Part shown: piece by piece, positions 12,201 to 25,520 of the stretch
How positions within the stretch are numbered: the stretch's first letter is position 1
How the letters are laid out: each line of letters starts with the position of its first letter
Assembly (NCBI RefSeq): GCF_006345805.1
Contig: NC_043006.1
Coordinates: forward strand, 85,870,001-85,934,000
Direction: 5' to 3'
From: Octopus sinensis
Taxonomy: Eukaryota
DNA length: 64,000 bases
Made by a program: the position numbers and the translations under genes
The notes under the pieces: model-generated
Seen by the model: the letters and a program-made list of their open reading frames with translations, nothing else
Told to the model about the DNA's origin: nothing
The model's database searches: none

Positions 12201-13954
12201 TGTGCCTATATATATAAAACGTGTGCGTATCCTTGTCCTAACATTACATGATAATTATAAGTGTCAATGTCATTCGTTTGTAGTCTGTGAAAAACATGTC
12301 TGCTTATGGCAAAATTATCACCTTACTTGGAAGCAGGTGAGAGTCAGTGACAGGAAGGATATCTAGCCATAGCAAATCTGCTTCAAAATTCCGTTTAACT
12401 CATGCAAATATAGAAAAGTGAATGGTAAAATGATGTTGATATATGTATATATTTTTGGGCATCCCTACAGATGTGTACCCCATGACTTTGTTTCCTCATA
12501 ACTTTCAGAAAATGGATATTTTTTTGATGAAATTTTCTACAAATATATTTCTGATGATGTAGATTGTCATTATATCGAAATATATGCTGAAAAACTTTTT
12601 CTGAGGCTCTGGTGAGGAGTTTCGGAAAATTCACACAAAACGGTTTCCTTTACTCATAACTTTCAGAAAAATGAGTAATTTTTAATGAAATTTTGTACAA
12701 ATACTTTTCCGAGTGTGTAAACTACGATTGTATCGGAATTTGATTGAAAAGTAAAATAGTGAGCATACACACAACATACTGACACACATCACAATTTTTT
12801 CCGAAATTTCAAGTCTCATTTTTTAGATCCAGTACTTTTGTATTGAGAACCAAGGGGACGTAACTAAATACTGCACTATCTTTACTCTAGCTTTGCACGT
12901 CTTCTATTACATTGGTTTGCTGTATATATTGGTTATTGTAGGTCAATCCTTGTCGAGTAGATCTGTTATTAAAGAACATCCATTTGTGACCATTCGGTTT
13001 CTTTTTTTTATATTTAGCGTAGTGAAAGTATATAGCCCAGAGGTTAGAATGTTGGGTCATGATCATAAAGGTTGGTTCAATTCCTGGACAAAGCAGCACA
13101 CTTAATTTCATAGTGCTCCACTTTACTCAGCTCAAGAAGAGGAGTAAGTATCTGTCTGTCACATTCTGGATGCTCCGTTTGGTCCAGAGAGAGAGGACCA
13201 AGACGATGTTTACTCCTACTTATTAAAGCAATTATCGAAAGCATCATACAAGTCATCAAACCCCATGCGCTTGCCAGTGATTGCTGTACTGTACTAGTAT
13301 ATCTAGGACTACATTAGTTAATGTTACTTCTTGTATTTTAAATGCTCAGTTATGACGAGGGAAAATTTGGCTGCTATTCCTAGCGGAACTTGTTCGTTGG
13401 CTTGTTTTAGAAGTTATCTTATTTTTAAATCAGGATGCTCTTCTCAAACTGAGAAGCGAAAGTAATCATTAAAAAGAAATTAATTTAGTTCCATTGTTAT
13501 AATTTTATCGTGTTTTATAACAAGAAAACAATTGAATTTTGCTCCAACCTACTCCTCGTCTCCTTTGTCCTATTTATTGTAAATTGTATTAAGTGGTGCT
13601 TGCATTCCTTCAAAACCACTTCCTGTTTTGGAAAATTCATTAAAATAAATGCTTTCTAATTTAGTCACCAGACCAGCAGTTTCGAGTAGAGGTGTTTAGT
13701 CGATAATATTGATCCTCAGTACTTAACTCGTACTTATTTTTTCCTGTGGGATGAAAAGCAAAGTTGACTTTTGTATGATTTGAATTCTGAATGTGGAAAA
13801 GACGAAACAAATATCGTTGAGTATATCTGGTGTTCTAACGATTTTGCCACCTCGCAATGCTTCTAATATAAGCGTAAGAAGAGCCGGAAAAAAGTAATTT
13901 TGTCCGAAATTCTACTCTGGAATAATAAATAAATAAGACTATTTAATTAAGGTT

Positions 13955-14285
13955 TTGGCGATCTTTCGTCTCTAGTAGACCTTTCCGTCGATTTCCGTAA
14001 AAAAATTTTTTTTTTTACATATGGGCTTGCGGGAACTTTTGAAGTAATGAGAGCGAAAGACACTAAGAGAAAGCGATTGTATGAAGCGATTCTTTTGAAG
14101 TTACCGTGCATGGGAGCATTGATGTACGTGTGTGTGTGTGAAGAGACAGAGTAATGTGTGAAAGAGAGATAACTGAAATTTTTTACTCGGTGTATGTGTA
14201 TATGTATGTATGCATGTATGTGTGTGTGTATATATCTATGTATGGAAATCGACGGAAAGGTCTACTAGAGACGAAAGATCGCCAA
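13955..14285. mobile_element. MITE with 45-bp TIRs and a possible 4-bp GGTT TSD
   Basis: TTGGCGATCTTTCGTCTCTAGTAGACCTTTCCGTCGATTTCCGTA and its inverse (1 mismatch); GGTT at 13951-13954 and 14286-14289. Confidence 0.85.
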
Positions 14286-14887
14286 GGTTTTTTTTTTCAA
14301 TTAATCTAAAAAAACAAAACAAAAACATTTTAGTTATGAAATGTATGACAAATAGCTGGGTGGGGGTTAAATTAAAAAAAATAAAAATGCGAATTACAAG
14401 TGTTTCAGAATGCCAAATTTTTATAAAATCACGAAAAAAAAAAAGACAAAAATAATGTTAATAGTGATAGCTATTCTGAAGATACGACGACGAGGTGTGG
14501 TGACATTTGAAACTAATGGATTTTGAACAAAAAAAAAAAAAAGTTAAGCGATTTACAAGTGTTTATGAATTGTGGGACATTGTTAATTGTCGAAAAATCC
14601 CAAACCCCCACCAAGGAAATTCCATTTTATTCGTGACAGCTATTTCCGAAAATCCGCATAAGTTTTTCTAAGTTTCACGTAATGATCTATTTAATACAAA
14701 GGTCTATACTCATGGTTATAATTACAGATAACAATTAAAACTTCTTTTTTCTGATTTTTATACATAATCTTATATATTTAATATCCAAAGAATCATTTTA
14801 TCCTATGCACCCGGATATGTTATTATTAGTTATTATAAGGCAAGCTGGCAGAATCGCTACCGTGCCAGAAAAGTTTCTTATAAATAA

Positions 14888-15077
14888 TCCTTTCTATAAT
14901 AGGCTTAAGGCCTGAAATTTGGAGGAAGGATCATTGATTACATCAAGCCAGTATTTAAACTGGTATTTATTTTTTTTCGATCCCGGGAGGATGAAAGGCA
15001 AAGTCAACCTCGGCAGATTTTGAACTCGAAACGTAAAGACAGACGAAATGCTAACGATTCTGCCTGCTTGCCAACTT
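14888..15077 (-). mobile_element. SINE family B with 18-bp TSD
   Basis: AAAGTTTCTTATAAATAA at 14870-14887 and 15078-15095. The body carries the GGATGAAAGGCAAAGTCAACCTCGGC motif shared with 26140-26350 and 35222-35700. Confidence 0.85.
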
Positions 15078-15199
15078 AAAGTTTCTTATAAATAACAGAA
15101 ATCTCACAGTTACATTTCGTTTCGCCTTAGAAAATTGTCTTCTTTTTCTATTCCTTGTTTTACTGTTCCGCGTTTCATTGGTGTTCCGAGTTTAGTTTT

Positions 15200-15257
15200 A
15201 CATAAACCCATTGAAAGTGACACCGTGATGGCGTTGTGAAGGTGAAACCCTAGCGAG
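15200..15257 (+). promoter_or_regulatory. Candidate non-coding first exon / promoter of AURKAIP1 (start approximate)
   Basis: Consensus donor GAG|GTAAGT at 15258 in a CpG-containing, TE-poor stretch. The AURKAIP1 start-codon exon has an acceptor at 23714, so an upstream exon is required. Confidence 0.4.
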
Positions 15258-16154
15258 GTAAGTCGCACGTTGTTGTGCAACAACTGTTTGTGGGCGGCAT
15301 GACCATTAATGCTAGTCACATCTTCATCATAAACACTCTTTTATTTATCTTAACAACTCGTTTTTATCGCTGTGACATTTTAACTTCATAACAGTTTACC
15401 AAGTATGTTGTGAAATATAAATTTTTATTCATTGAAATCCAAAAGATTTTCAATGTTTAATGTCAGGTTTTATAATTTTATATAGTTTTTTTTAAAAATG
15501 TAGTTTGTTTAGAATATTTTTCGTATTGGATGTTCACAACTACGAGATACTTATGTTCACACGGGTATTCCTCTAATTTATATCACTAACTCATTACTTG
15601 GTCATACTCTTCTGTGGATTCCGAATTTTAAACACCAATTTCTTGACTGATAGTTTGGACAGTTCACTAAACCAAACACACATTAATAAAGTACCTTATA
15701 GTGACCTTCATCTCTCATGTCATCGAGAGGGTCCTGCTAGAAAAAGTAGCCAAATCACATACCCTCTTGAAAAAAAAATGCAAAGTCACATTGGATAATA
15801 AAAAGACGAATGGTTGCAAACTCCCTTCATCATTGTTTGCTTAAGCAAAGTTTACCTCAGACAATAATCGGAATTTAATGTGGAAGAAATTCATTTCGTT
15901 ATTTTTCTCTACATCTGTGACTCTCTATACAGATAGTTCATCATTCTGTTGGGTAACTTGTCCAGAGAGTGCAACTCTTACATACCAGATGTCCTGATTG
16001 AGTGATGCTGCATGAACATCTGGCTTGGTTTTTAGTCTCATCGGTCTTCTTTTACTTGGTGAATTATCACATCTGTGCATCCTGGGACTACAGATGGTTG
16101 TAGTAGTTTTGCTAACAGAATTGTTTGATCCCGACCATTGACAATTTGTTGTCT

Positions 16155-16334
16155 CTTTTACTTATTTCAGTCATTTGACTGTGGCCATGCAGGAGCAGCG
16201 CCTTTAGTCGAGCAAATCGACCCCAAGACTTATTCTTTGTAAGCCTAGTACTTATTCTATCGGTCACTTTTGCCGAACTGCTAAGTTACAGGGACGTAAA
16301 CACACCAGCATCAATTGTCCAGCGACGTTGACAG

Positions 16335-16365
<31 letters not shown>

Positions 16366-16540
16366 CACACATACATATATACGACGGGCTTATTTCAGTT
16401 TCCGTCTACCAAATCCACTCACAAAGCTTTGGTCGGCCCAGGACTATAGTAAAAGACACTTGCCCAAGGTGCCACGCAGTGGGACTGAACCCGGACCTGT
16501 GTGGTTCGTAAGCAAGCTACTTACCATACAGCCACTCCTC
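16155..16540 (-). mobile_element. SINE family A
   Basis: Reverse-complement match to 60250-60660. Confidence 0.85.
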
Positions 16541-17164
16541 CCTTAGCAGCTTGTGATATTTGTCATAGATTCAATAAGTTCATTTGCTGAAATAGTTCAT
16601 ATCCATCATGCTGCATCCCATGGTTTCAATATAACCCTGGCTTGGATAGTTGCATGCTCTTTAACCCAAGGCTGGGTCCCTGACAGGTGCTGTTACTCCA
16701 GGTCAGAGTATACCTGGGAACAATAGTGACTAAGCGGTTGCTCCACACTCCTCAAAATCCTGGAATTCCCAAACCTGGGTTTGACCACAGATTCTTAGAT
16801 GCTTTTAATTTGTCCCTTGTACTGAAAATGGTTCCCCACCCCTGCTTTGTATATTTACTGGATTTTGGTGTCAAATGAAATTAATTAACATGGACTAATA
16901 ACTCTTAATGGGCTACATGGTTCAGTACTAATGAACTTTTTGTTTTTCTTTTTTTCTGTGATAAAATTGTGAAAAGTTTGCTTAGGCTTAGATATTTGAT
17001 TAAGACATTTGTACCTTGAGCAAGTGTTTTCTGGTATTTCCTTTGGTGAACCAAAGCCCTGTGAGTGGATTTGCAGATGGAAACTGACAAAAGCTATTGT
17101 ATGTGTGTCAGTATATATCCCATCCATGCCAGCATGGAAGGCGGAGGTTAAACAATGATATATA

Positions 17165-18388
17165 CAGGGTGCGGTGAATAAATTGTCATCTAAATTATGC
17201 AAAAATGAAAACACTGACATCTCATTTTAACATATTTACCAAAATTACATAAAAATATCTTGAAATACTAAAGAGTAAATTTATTCAATAAAATCACCAT
17301 TGGTTTCAACCATGGCCTCCAGACGACTTCAGAATCTCTTTCAACTCTTCTGGGCAGTCTCCTTGTTTAAGTTGGTGAATGCTGCCATAATTCTTGCCTT
17401 CAGTTCATCTTTGGTGTTACAAAGAATTTTGTTGGTCTCTCGCCCAACTGCACCCCACACAATAATCAAGGGAGTTGCAGTCTGGGGAGTTAGAGGTGAT
17501 GTGGTCACAGAAATTGTCTGACAGCCATAACTGTGGCTTATGTAGCATGATGCAGAGTCCTGTTGCCAGACATAAGGTCTTCCAGTAGCCACCCTCTTGA
17601 CCCAGGACAACACTACCTCCTCCAGACACTTGATGTAGGCTTCTGTGTTGAATGTGAGGCCATGTGGAAGATGAATGAATGCATAATGTCACCATCATGA
17701 GTGATCGCTTCAAACACAATGATGTTGACTGGACGTTTGATTTTTATCACTCTTGGTACATGTTTTGGGGACATGGCAAGCCAATGGTTGTTCTGTGTTC
17801 TCCATCTGATCCTGGCAGAAATTTTTCTCATCGAAGAAAAACCTAAGAATGTTCACTTGGAAGGGATGCTTGAGTTATTTCCAAAGCTTCGTAGTGCACT
17901 CTTTCCTCTTGTCCTTGATGGCTTGGGATAAAAATTGGCCCTTTCTCATCTTGTATGAGGAATACCAAATGTCTTTATGCCCGACCTGCCTTATAAGAAA
18001 CTCAGACACTCCCATGCCCCTAGTGATGGATCTGATTGACTTGGAGGGATCATTGTCAATCATGACCTGGATCTCACCAACAAATTAAGGAGTTCTTTTC
18101 TTATCAGACTGACTGATCAAAGTGAGTTTTCCAAGCTACTGTACCTTCGTAATCACTATTAGACTCATTCAAATCCTCTGCATTGTTCTCAGATTGACAC
18201 TCAAACACTCTGAAATGTTCATATTGGAGCTTCTGGTGTGAATGCGAAGTAGTACAGCATATCATTGCATCATGGTGCTGTTTTTCTCACAGACAGTGCC
18301 CAGCTGACCCTACTATACTGTGTAGTTGACAAAATCAAAACAATGTGCATGTGCGAAATTAAAAATATAATTTACTCATCACACCATG
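17165..18388 (-). mobile_element. Tc1/mariner DNA transposon relic, maT (DD37D)-like
   Basis: TA|CAGGGTGCGGTGAATAAAT ... ATTTACTCATCACACCATG|TA. Frameshifted transposase pieces RPYVWQQDSA, SPDCNSLDY, WGAVGRETNK..NTKDELKARIMAAF. The family call is by motif; a deletion prevents counting the D-D spacing. Confidence 0.85.
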
Positions 18389-18454
18389 TATATATAATCT
18401 GTTCTGTGATGGTAAGATCAACAAAAAAATAATACTCCATCTGGTGGGAGATAA

Positions 18455-18809
18455 ATATTATTTAATAGACACAATACATGTTTTTATGTGCTACTAATAG
18501 TTTCATATGTTGAGAAATACCTCAAACATATAATCATCAGGCACAAACCATATATAATGAAAGGCAGTCAATTGGTGGCAGCTGAAACCAAATGAGAAAG
18601 GGAGATAATCACATGACTCAAAAGTTTGATATACCATAAAGAAAAACACAGTCTGATTGAAGACAAGAGGCCTGCTGTAGTCACATGTAGATTACTGAAA
18701 CCTAGTTTATTATGATATGTGATTTGTGCCTGATGAATATGTTTGACATATTTCTCAATTTATGTAACTATTAGTAGCACATAAAAACATGTATTGTGTC
18801 TATTAGATA

Positions 18810-18813
<4 letters not shown>
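18455..18813. mobile_element. MITE with ~90-bp TIRs
   Basis: Arms 18455-18547 / 18723-18813. An extra right-arm copy lies at ~19468-19558 and a related interior at ~20660-20830. Confidence 0.8.
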
Positions 18814-18868
<55 letters not shown>

Positions 18869-19574
18869 TAAATGGAGTTTAATGCAGGTGTAATTCAAAT
18901 ACTGTTACTTCCGACACATGTTTTGAAGATATCACTAATATTATTTGAAAGGAATAAAATGGTGTAAAACAATGTAATCTTCTCTTCAGGGAAGTGAAGA
19001 AATGAAACTCGTCAATAAGATATTTTAACAGAAAATGATGGATATGTATAGTGATTTACTGACTGCTATTAATATTGTTTGAAAAAACGTTTTATGATAT
19101 AACGTCAGAAGTAGCCTATAGAAAGAGGAGGGATAAATTAAGGAAAAGTTAAATAAATAAGAAATATATGACTATATGTATATTAAATAAAACCTGATAA
19201 ACTAGGAAAATATATATTTTTTTAGTGAATGTTAAATATAAAAAGAAAATTTATGTTTAAATTATAATGATAGAGATTACTTATATGAACTAAAGGTGTG
19301 TTTTTGCCAATGTTTACATCGGTATGCAATCTCTATAACCATGTTTACTAGGATTTTTAGAAAAAATAATGAAAAATAGTTCAGAATTACAGAGAAGACA
19401 GAATTCCTTGCCTTTGTCATAAGGTATCGAGATTGAGAGAATCAACCATTCTAAATTAAATTGTTCATTGTGCCTGATGAATATATTTGACATATTTCTC
19501 AATTTACATAACTATTAGTAGCACATAAAAACATGTATTGTGTCTATTAGACAATATGTATGTGTGTTTGTGTG

Positions 19575-19626
<52 letters not shown>

Positions 19627-19671
19627 AAGGGAAAAATACACACATCTATATATACATACATCTATATATAC

Positions 19672-19733
<62 letters not shown>

Positions 19734-19736
19734 TGA

Positions 19737-20107
19737 AACAACTGTCTGTGTTTACTTTTTATGCCTATGCCACATCAAGGACCTACTCCTGAGTCAGATT
19801 TGGTTCAAATTGGATTTGGTACTTGTCTATCTGCGATATCCTACTAACATTAGTATCCAAAGTTGATTATTTCACTGTGAGCTCTGTGTTATTGTACTGA
19901 GCCATTTCTGGCATCCTATGAGTTGATATGCGTTCTTATGAAATGGCTTGGTATGATAACAGAGCTTAGAGTGAAATAAACAACTTTAGCTACATGGAGT
20001 GTTAGTAGGATACCGTAGTACCAAATCCAATTTTAACCATAGATCCAACTCAGTTGGTAGGTTCTTGGTGTGATGTACGTATGAAAAGTAAATGCTGACA
20101 GCTGTTT
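19737..20107. mobile_element. Old palindromic (fold-back) element with ~170-bp degenerate arms
   Basis: For example AAATTGGATTTGGTAC / GTACCAAATCCAATTT, TATCCTACTAACA / TGTTAGTAGGATA, GAGCCATTTC / GAAATGGCTT. Confidence 0.7.
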
Positions 20108-20845
20108 TGTTAGAATTTCATTTATTTTATGCAATCATAGAAGATTACGTCATAATATACAATCCACCCTCATCAGGTAAAATTTTAAGCAGGTAAGATT
20201 TTAACATTGTCCTGGATATAACCAACACAAGTCACTAGTCCAGCTAATGTTAGCTATGTCTGGGTCAGTGTTTAAAATTTTACCTCATGGTGGTAGATTA
20301 TATATTATAGTGTAACCTATGACTGCATTAAATAACTAAAATTCTACCAAAACAGCTGTTGTAAATTTTAAATGCCAATTGTGTTATATATATATATTTG
20401 TGTGTGTTCATGAGTATGTGTGCACATTTGTGTCTCCTTGTCATATCAGTCACATGACAGTTGTAAATAAGTGTCTGTCATATAAGCAATGTCATTCATT
20501 TCCAATATTCTGTGGAAAAACTTGTCTGGTCATGGGAAAATATTACATTATTTGGCAACAGGAAGGACATCTGGCTATACAAAATCTGCTTTAAAACAAA
20601 AATGAGCTAAGATAAATAATTTTTTGAACAACAACTCTCTTCTAGAGAAAGTAACGCAGTAAAAATTGGTGGCAGATGAAACCCTCTCCAAGTGAGGAAG
20701 GGAGATAATCACAAGATTCTAGTGTTTGCCAAAATTGATATACCCATTAAGAAAAACAGTCTTATTGAAAACAAGAGGACTGCTGCAGACACATGCAAGT
20801 GATCAGAGTTGCAGAAACCTAGTCTTTGAGCTGCAAATAAGTGCA

Positions 20846-21185
20846 GGCATGACTGTGTGGTTAAGAAGCTTGCTTTGAAACTATATGATTTTAGGGTCAG
20901 TCCCCCTATATGGCACCTTGGAGAAGTGTCTTCTATAGCCCTGGGTCAACCAATCCTTTGAGTGAATTTAGTAGATGAACACTGTGTTGAAGCTCTTTAT
21001 GTGTGTGTTTGACCCTTCACATCTCTTGACAACTGGTTTTGGTTTGTTTATGCCCAGTAGTTTGCCAAAAGAAAACAGTTGAAGGAATACCAGAATTAAA
21101 AAATAAATACTGGGGTCAATTTGTTCAGCTAAACCCTTCAAGGCAGTGCCCCAGCATGACCACATTCCAGTGACTGAAACATGTT
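20846..21185 (+). mobile_element. SINE family A (older copy)
   Basis: Head TGTGGTTAAGAAGCTTGC; tail GGCAGTGCCCCAGCATGACCACATTCCAGTGACTGAAAC. Confidence 0.75.
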
Positions 21186-23740
21186 ACAGATAAAAAAAAA
21201 ACATATGAGATCTTCAGGGTTTGTGTGTCTAGGAGTTTGATGTGACTTGGAGGAGTTAGTGCCACACATTCAGATCAGGTTTTTGAATAACTTGGTAACT
21301 CTTACTAGTTTCAGACATCCTTCCAATTAAGTCATTAAAATAAACTTGTTTAATTGGTCCTGGCTGTTGATACAAACACTTGGAAATAATTATGTTCTCA
21401 GAATTACATTGCCCAAGTTTTCATTCTTCATCAGAATTACATTCTGTAAATCTCTTGTTATAAAGACAGGTTTCCATGTTGCTTATCTCAACTTCCTCCT
21501 CTGTTCTCAGAGGGACACTAGATATAATCCTTCCTCAGCAAAATCTCAAGCAGTCTTAAAAAAAAAACTTTTGAAATTCAAATATTCATTTCACAGATTT
21601 ATCATTATATCTTTTGTGATCATGACTTAATGAGTTTTGTGAGAGATATAGAGAATTGAGGATTTTGATTTTTTTTTTTATATGTTACACTTCTGGGTGA
21701 CTTTGATTCCTCTTTTACTCAAATGGACCACAATAGCCATTTGAAGTTTCAAATATCCTATTATATTTTTAGAATTAAATATTAGGAATTGCATGAAAAA
21801 CAGTTGGTGTATTTGTCATCATCATTTAACGTCCATTTTTCCATGCTGGCATGGGTTGGATGGTTTGATAGGAGCTGAACAGCTGAAGGACTGTTTGGGC
21901 TCCCAGTCTGTTTTGGCATGGTTTCTACTGCTGGATGCCCTTCCTAATGCCAACCAGTTTACAGAGTGTACTGGGTGCTTTTATGTAGCACTGGCACAAG
22001 TGCTTTTTATGTGGCACCAGCACCTACTCTGGAAGTATAACCAATTTATTGCATATAAATTGTAACATCAAAATCTTATGTGTACCTCCAAGGGCCATAT
22101 GGACCCCGGTTGAGAACCACAGATTTAGATGGAGATCATTTGTTGTAGTACTATTTGAAAATAGAGCTCAGTTTTCATTGCATGCTTTTCAGTGACTCTC
22201 ATATTTTGGTTCTTTGGAGAAGAAGGGGATCGTTTAGAATTCTATAAAAAAAAATCCGTATCTCAATAGATAAAAGAAAGTATTTTTATGGTTATACTGG
22301 CTTAAAAGCCACTTGATAGGGCAGCTTTTAAGCTAGCTCTTGTGGAGGGCTCTTCATTAGGCCTTGGGCCCAACAATGACACTTCATGCATTGAGTACAT
22401 ATTAAATTTTATTAAACTTCAACTATATTTTTCAAGCAATGAACAATTTTCATCAAAGCAATGATATACTTTGTCAACATGGAACTTATTGCAAATTGCA
22501 TGATAACAGTATTACCACCACCAGTGCCACCACATCTGCCATATACACACCATTCAGATACCACCACCAATACCTTTGACTTCGCTGCCTTCCCCTCCAT
22601 CACCACTGTCTTTCATATCCCTTACACTCACTGCCTCTATCACAATTACAGCTCATACTTTTACTATCACTCCATTACCATCACAAAAAGGCTAAATGTT
22701 CAGTATGTTACTTGAACATATTAGTTCAGTGGTCAGTCCCTCTTTTGCCCACATACCCACTCTTTCCCTCTCTTATTATTACTCCCACTGCCACCATCAA
22801 CACTACCACTTTTAATAAAAACATTATCAACTCTCCCTAAATTTCTTTGTCTCTCTTTCTCTTCCTCTCTTTTTATCTCTCTCTGTCTTCACCACCACCC
22901 TCACCGTCTCTATGCTTACTATTACTCTCACCTCAATATGAGCAATAGTAGGAGTGTCAATGAATAGTGTGAGAGGGGGTCGAAGTGTGACACACTGACA
23001 CACAGATATTAGTTTTCGCATTTATTATATTAGATGGTATTATATGACAACAGTCATCATCAGTCTCTTAATGTCCAGTTTTCCATGCTTGTGTGGGTTG
23101 GCTGGAATTTGAGGCAGAAATTCTTTGGCTGGGTGCTTTTCCTGTCACCAACCCTTGCTGGTTTCAAAGCAAGGTAATATTTCCCCGTGGCCACACACAT
23201 TCTTGCAGAATGTTGAAAATTACTGACACGGTTTTTATTATAGTAACATCCATTTGCAATTATCATACAATGTCAAGACAAGAAGACACAAGCATGCATA
23301 CTTACACACACACATATATGATGAGCTTCTTTCAGTTTCAGTATATCAAATCTATTCACGTGGCTTTGGTTGGCCCATGGTTGTTGTAGCAGTCACTTTC
23401 CAAAGTGTGCTTAACCACACCACCATATCTGTACCATTATTATTATTAAGGTGGTGAATTAGAAGAATTGTTAGCACACTGGGTAAAATGAATAGCGGCA
23501 TTTTGTCTGTCTTTATGTTCTGAGTTCAAATTTTGCTAAGGTTGACTTTGCCCTTCATCCTTTCAGGGTTGATAAATTAAGTACCCCCCCTCTAGTTTTC
23601 AGTCTTTGTGCCTTTAGTAGAAAGGATTATTATTGTGTTAATGACTCAACAATACTATGTGTATATTATAAACATCTTTTGTGTATATTACTATAATATT
23701 TCTATCTTTTTTAGGTTCAGAAACTAACAGAGTTTCTAAC

Positions 23741-23795
23741 ATGACACCTGCTTTAACAAGAATATGCCATGCCTTTAGAAACCTTATGGTTTCAG
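23741..23795 (+). CDS. AURKAIP1: AURKAIP1/mS38 first coding exon (MTPALTRICHAFRNLMVSG); exon starts at 23715
   Basis: Acceptor ttttttag at 23714, ATG at 23741, donor CAG|GTAGG at 23796. Phase 1 joins in frame to the 23958 exon. Confidence 0.8.
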
Positions 23796-23957
23796 GTAGG
23801 TTTTATGATTTTAATTGGCATCTTGCAATTCAGATTCTTTTCTAACTAGTAAAATTTTGATTGAAATGCATACAGTAGATAATTCTCCAACATGTTATTA
23901 GAACTAGGTTGTTTTTGTCTTAATTTATCATACATATTTATTTTTTTATTTTAATAG

Positions 23958-24577
23958 GCATTAGTAAAAGTGAATGGAAGAAGTGTTTACCTGGTCATAT
24001 GAAATTGTATGATGTATCACACACCAGTCATACATATAGCAGCATGCCAAAGCATTCAACAGACAACCTATTAAATGGCTATGCAGTGTTGTCTACTTTA
24101 CCTCACTCAGGAATTTCTTTAAATTTCACGAGACACAACCTTCGCCCTGCCTTGCCTACAGGTTCAGTGATTGACCCTCTTATTTCACCACTTCCTTTTT
24201 ATGAATGTCCTGTGAAATCCAATAAAGACGTGTTCCAACTTCCATTTCATTCCCCGACTATTATCAGCAAGGAAGACCCTTTATCTTTTCTTAATGAGTG
24301 GATTATTGAGTCCCCTTTGGCAATACAAGCCAAAAATATATTGAAAATTAGACGTAGAAAAATGAACAGACATCGACTGAAAAAGCTGCGTAAAAGAATG
24401 CGATTTGTACGGCGCAAGGAGTTGCATAAACGTCGAAAGAAAAAAGAAAAGCTTTTTCAAGCGAAACTTCAAGCTAAAATACAAACTGGAATAGACTTTG
24501 ATGCTGAAGAATTTGTACAAGATAAATTGGCCCTTGCTCGGAAGGGGGGTTATAAAATTGATATATTTGGTCGGTGA
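23958..24577 (+). CDS. AURKAIP1: AURKAIP1 / mitoribosomal small-subunit protein mS38, main coding exon
   Basis: Acceptor tttaatag at 23957, in frame with ORF 23999-24577. C-terminus KNILKIRRRKMNRHRLKKLRKRMRF matches the mS38/Cox24 (DUF1713) motif. Total ~224 aa. Confidence 0.92.
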
Positions 24578-24611
24578 AACTTATTTCTGAAATTAGTTTG
24601 CTCGTATGTTT

Positions 24612-24617
24612 AATAAA
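24612..24617 (+). terminator. Polyadenylation signal of AURKAIP1
   Basis: AATAAA 35 nt after the stop, followed by T-rich sequence. Confidence 0.6.
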
Positions 24618-25188
24618 GCGTGTCATGAAAACTTATTCAAAAGTTTTACTTTTTGATTGTCTTTTCAGAGAGATAAACATCTTTATTTTATATCTTGTGT
24701 CTTAATTAATTTAAATATTGGTTTTTGATTTAGGGATAAGGTCAGCAATTTTTAAAGGAGTGGGGTTAGTTGATTACATCAACCCCTGTACTTTGGCAGG
24801 ATCAGAATTCAATAAAATATGATAAATACTGCAAGTCATTTTGTCTAAACATACTAACAGTTTTGCTAATCCAATGAAATCATGTCTTGCACCACTATGT
24901 ATTTTGCCAGTGTCTGTTAGAGGGGACAGATGGCAGTTGTCTCACAATATAACCTGCTGTCCAATAAGGTAGGATCTTTGCTCTGTGAATAACCTTAAGG
25001 GAAGCTATCCAAGTGCACACTTCTGTAGCTTGCTTTTCTCTAGTATATGATTGGTATTCCTGCAAGGACAGAATTTCAAGAAGTTCACGTGTAGTATTTG
25101 ACATCCAGCCGGCCTACATACAAGGATTGAAGTAGTGGTTAGTGACAACTTGTGAATTATTTCGTTCCTTACAACAAAACCTATTCTC

Positions 25189-25520
25189 TTTTTTACTTGT
25201 TTCAGTCATTTTGACTGTGGCCATGCTGGAGCACCACCTTTAGTCAAGCAAATTGACCCCAGGACTTATTCTTTGTAGGCCTAGTACTTATTCTATCGGG
25301 CTCTTTTGCCAAACTGCTAAGTTACAGGGACGTAAACACACCAGCATCAGTTGTCATACATATATACGACGGGCTTTCAGTTTCTGTCTATCAAATCCAC
25401 CCACAAGGCTTTGGTCGGCCCAAGGCTATAGTAGAAGACACTTGCCCAAGGTGCTACGCAGTGGGACTGAACCCAGAACCATGTGGTTCGTAAGCAAGCC
25501 ACTTACCACACAGCCACTCC
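25189..25520 (-). mobile_element. SINE family A
   Basis: Reverse-complement match to 60250-60660, with an internal deletion. Confidence 0.8.

Noticed and set aside
12545-12595. CTGATGATG...TATATCGAAATATAT
   Set aside because: Stem II is incompatible with the core and stem I is unconvincing; it lies in a direct-repeat element (12496-12705).
14240-14290. GTCT/AGAC hairpin plus GAAAGATC in the MITE TIR
   Set aside because: No CUGANGA upstream.
15110-15319. 69-aa minus-strand ORF MTSINGHAAHK...
   Set aside because: No recognisable homology, and it overlaps a better plus-strand leader-exon candidate; cannot be supported as coding.
18723-18760. CTGATGA followed by an ATATG/CATAT hairpin (also ~19475)
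   Set aside because: No GAAA after the hairpin in any of the three copies; not a hammerhead as it stands.
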